A DNA stretch of 55,838 nucleotides, taken from contig NC_068983.1 of the NCBI RefSeq assembly GCF_001194135.2, forward strand, positions 55,115,327 through 55,171,164, read 5' to 3'. Each line of letters opens with the position of its first letter. The first letter of the stretch is position 1. Below are positions 52,968 through 55,838 of this stretch, one piece after another. Made by a program: the position numbers and the translations under genes. The DNA is from Octopus bimaculoides. Lineage: Eukaryota. Below the pieces are notes generated by a model. It was not told where the DNA came from. It saw only the letters and a program-made list of their open reading frames with translations, and made no database searches.

Positions 52968-54195
52968 ATATATCTTATAACAGTATCAGCGCCAAGCAGT
53001 GTTTAGGCAGAAGCGAATATTAGGTTAGTTAAAATATGTTTGTGGCATATTTTAAATTCTAAACGCAAATTCACTGTAGTTATTTTCGAGGAAAGATTCT
53101 CTCTTATGGTAAACGGTGTAAAACCACCATATCTGCTGTGTGCTGTCCCGTCATGTAATATATACATATATTCATATTCGTATACATACATTAACACACG
53201 CTAGATATGAAACACAGACCTGGCAACTGGTATTTACATATAAATAACTGGTAGGGACACCCTATTTCGTTATACAACCATAACATACTATCAAGTATAT
53301 CAAAGACATGTATGCCAATATTGTGTCCCACAGTATCGACTTACAGACCTTTGATATGGTGCTGTATTATGATTGTATAATGAAATGTATTGTCCCTACC
53401 AGCAATTAATAAACTGTTGTGTCTGTTGAAGTAGATTTATGCTGGTAATATTCCATAGCTTGGTTTAATAATGTGTTTCAAGGATCCGTGCTTTGGTTTA
53501 TTGCATACCGCGCTTGAGTTATATAATCATATAAACAATTTCCTTTATACGATTATATGTTAATGTATAATACCGATTCCAATCACATAGAACATTTTAA
53601 TATAAACCTTTTGGCAGGGGTATACATTCTTGTTGCATTGAAAAAATATTTGTCACTATATTCACTCACACATATGTATGTAATTATATATAGATATATT
53701 TTACATCACTTCATATCCCGTATATAATATATNNNNNNNNNNNNNNNNNNNNNNNNNNNNNNNNNNNNNNNNNNNNNNNNNNNNNNNNNNNNNNNNNNNN
53801 NNNNNNNNNNNNNNNNNNNNNNNNNNNNNNNNNNNNNNNNNNNNNNNNNNNNNNNNNNNNNNNNNNNNNNNNNNNNNNNNNNNNNNNNNNNNNNNNNNNN
53901 NNNNNNNNNNNNNNNNNNNNNNNNNNNNNNNNNNNNNNNNNNNNNNNNNNNNNNNNNNNNNNNNNNNNNNNNNNNNNNNNNNNNNNNNNNNNNNNNNNNN
54001 NNNNNNNNNNNNNNNNNNNNNNNNNNNNNTATATATATATATATTACATATCACATCACATTATATCATATATAAATATATATGTGTGTGTGTGCATATA
54101 TATATAGGGAGAATTCACAAAAAAAAACAACAGACGAAGACAGGTGGTATAGAAAGCAAATAGATGTATTAGTATAACGCTCGGGACTTGAAAAA

Positions 54196-54234
54196 GTCTT
54201 TAACGTTTCGAGCCTACGCTCTTCCACAGACAGG
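54196..54234 (-). ncRNA. Variant hammerhead-like motif, second copy
   Basis: CUGU-CUGUGGA-A-GAGC GUAG GCUC-GAAAC GUU AAAG; stem I is damaged by one substitution. Confidence 0.45.
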
Positions 54235-54427
54235 AACACAGAAAGAAACAAGGAGAGAAAAAAATGTGTGTAGTGGTTATGTATGTATGAAAAAATGAAT
54301 AGAAATGTATTTTCTGATAATTTTACCACTTATAGACATCCAATTATTAAAGTGGAAAATGTATGTTGTTACTATTCATTTTTTACAAAAACATAATACT
54401 GTACCAAGGACTTTCTAACACTTATTT

Positions 54428-54475
<48 letters not shown>

Positions 54476-54526
54476 ACACAGCCCGCTGAAATTTGAAAGT
54501 TTTTTTTTTTCACTCTGTCTATTATT

Positions 54527-54565
54527 CCTTTCTGTAGAAGAACGTAGGTTCGAAACGTAAAAGAC
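54527..54565 (+). ncRNA. Variant hammerhead-like motif, third copy
   Basis: CUUU-CUGUAGA-A-GAAC GUAG GUUC-GAAAC GUA^AAAG; stem II carries a compensatory pair relative to the other copies. Confidence 0.55.
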
Positions 54566-55217
54566 TTTTTTATTTTCCCGAGCGTGAAACTAATAGACTT
54601 GCTCGTTGTTCATACACCTGTCTTCGTCTTTTGTTTTTCTGTAAATTTCAACTATATATGTGTACACACACTTAAATTCTGTATTGTTACCAGACAATGG
54701 ACATTTGACTCATGCATTGCTCCTTAACCTGTTCAGGTAAGCTGAAGATGGCTACTATTTTTTTTTTTAGCAAGAGATTGTCATGTGACACTGACTGCCA
54801 GTAATATACATACAGTTATTCATCCATACGAATTTAATACATACTTGTATATGAATTTAATCTATACATAAGTATCGACTAAATCGATAATGCCAATTCT
54901 ATGACGTACCAGTGTTGAAATGCCCTATTATTATTAGTACTATTAAGGCGGCGAGCAGGCAAAATTGTAACCACGCCGCGCTATAAGCTTAGCCGCAGAA
55001 ATTGAGCCGAGATCAACTTTGACTTTTAACCTTTCCCCCCTTTTTCCCTCATCATATCTTTCAAGTAAAATCTCGCACAAATTGCAAACTGTCCTCGTAA
55101 TGTCCCTCTCATCGAATGCCCCTGTCGCAAATAAAAGAAACCCTCACCATTGTTGCTGCTGTGGTTGTTGCTGTTGTTGTTGTTGACGTTGTTATCGTTG
55201 TTATTGTTATTATAGTA

Positions 55218-55270
<53 letters not shown>

Positions 55271-55483
55271 GTTCAGTAGTTTTATTTTTATAGCGTGCTT
55301 TCACTTCACTACCGAGCGCAGCTCTGTGTGCCTGGGGTATGTGCTGTGGTTTGCTGTGATGCTCTTATGGTTACTGTATTGAAAGTGTTTTGCGTAGGAT
55401 GTGTGCAGTGCCCAGTAGTGCAATTTTCTGTATGTTATATATATTTGTAAGTCCTGGTGTTTTTGTTATGTATTTGTCTGAAT
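55271..55483 (-). mobile_element. Short RLE LINE tail
   Basis: YITKTPGLTNIYNIQKIALLGTAHILRKTLSIQ* plus UTR; (ATT)n on both sides. Confidence 0.85.
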
Positions 55484-55503
55484 ATTTTATTATTATTATT
55501 ATT

Positions 55504-55838
55504 TTATGCTTGACAGTTGTTTTGCATTTGTACAAGTTGGATCCAAGTCTCACCCAGAGACCTCAAGAGACAACAAGTTAGAAGTTCATGTAGGTGTTAT
55601 GCCTAGGGTAGCATATATTTGGATTTGTACAGTTTTGTTCTAGTGAATGTTTAAGAAACCATAAGAAAATTATGTGTTTGTTTTAAAATTTGAGATCACA
55701 TAGACAGTATTTTACGTAGGATATGGGCAGTTCCCATGAGCACTATCTTTTGAACTTCAGCCATTTTGGGGTTTCCTGGTATCTGAGCTAGGTAGTAATC
55801 AACCCGTTTCGCTGTCATTCCCAGGGCACCTATGACAA
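55504..55838 (-). mobile_element. RLE LINE tail running off the window edge
   Basis: VIGALGMTAKRVDYYLAQIPGNPKMAEVQKIVLMGTAHILRKILSM* plus a UTR ending in (AAT)n. Confidence 0.85.

Larger units (their letters stand above)
54105..54660. repeat. Inverted pair of the hammerhead-like dispersed repeat (54105-54290 minus; ~54500-54660 plus)
   Basis: cccgagcg..actaata..acacctgtcttcgtc..ctatata appears in both orientations around a (TAC)n-containing spacer. Confidence 0.85.

Noticed and set aside
3537-54560. Dozens of ORFs made of YIYI, MYVC, HTHT, ERER, poly-Y/V/L/T/N or X runs
   Set aside because: They are translations of microsatellites and N gaps.

Overview
AT-rich eukaryotic genomic DNA from a gapped draft assembly. 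It is saturated with microsatellites and tRNA-derived SINEs; this landscape resembles a coleoid cephalopod such as Octopus (inference, not verified). One spliced gene crosses the window on the minus strand. It encodes a long coiled-coil protein I cannot name, with 7 well-supported internal GT-AG exons from 35182 down to 3600, and it is open at both ends. The gene also has a probable alternative terminal exon encoding a transmembrane tail (15316-15221), a duplicated 28-codon exon pair and a possible 48-nt cassette exon. The introns contain RLE-type LINE tails sitting in microsatellites, CR1- and RTE-like LINE fragments, mariner remnants, hAT MITEs with 8-bp TSDs and a palindromic Tc1/mariner derivative. 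The most notable signal is several families of minimal type-I hammerhead-ribozyme motifs. These include two canonical-core copies in the arms of a ~250-bp inverted repeat (37-570) and a repeated variant with a CUGUNGA core and a compensatory stem-II change. There are no prokaryotic features, rRNA, true tRNA genes or CRISPR arrays. All calls were made by eye; repeat boundaries are approximate.
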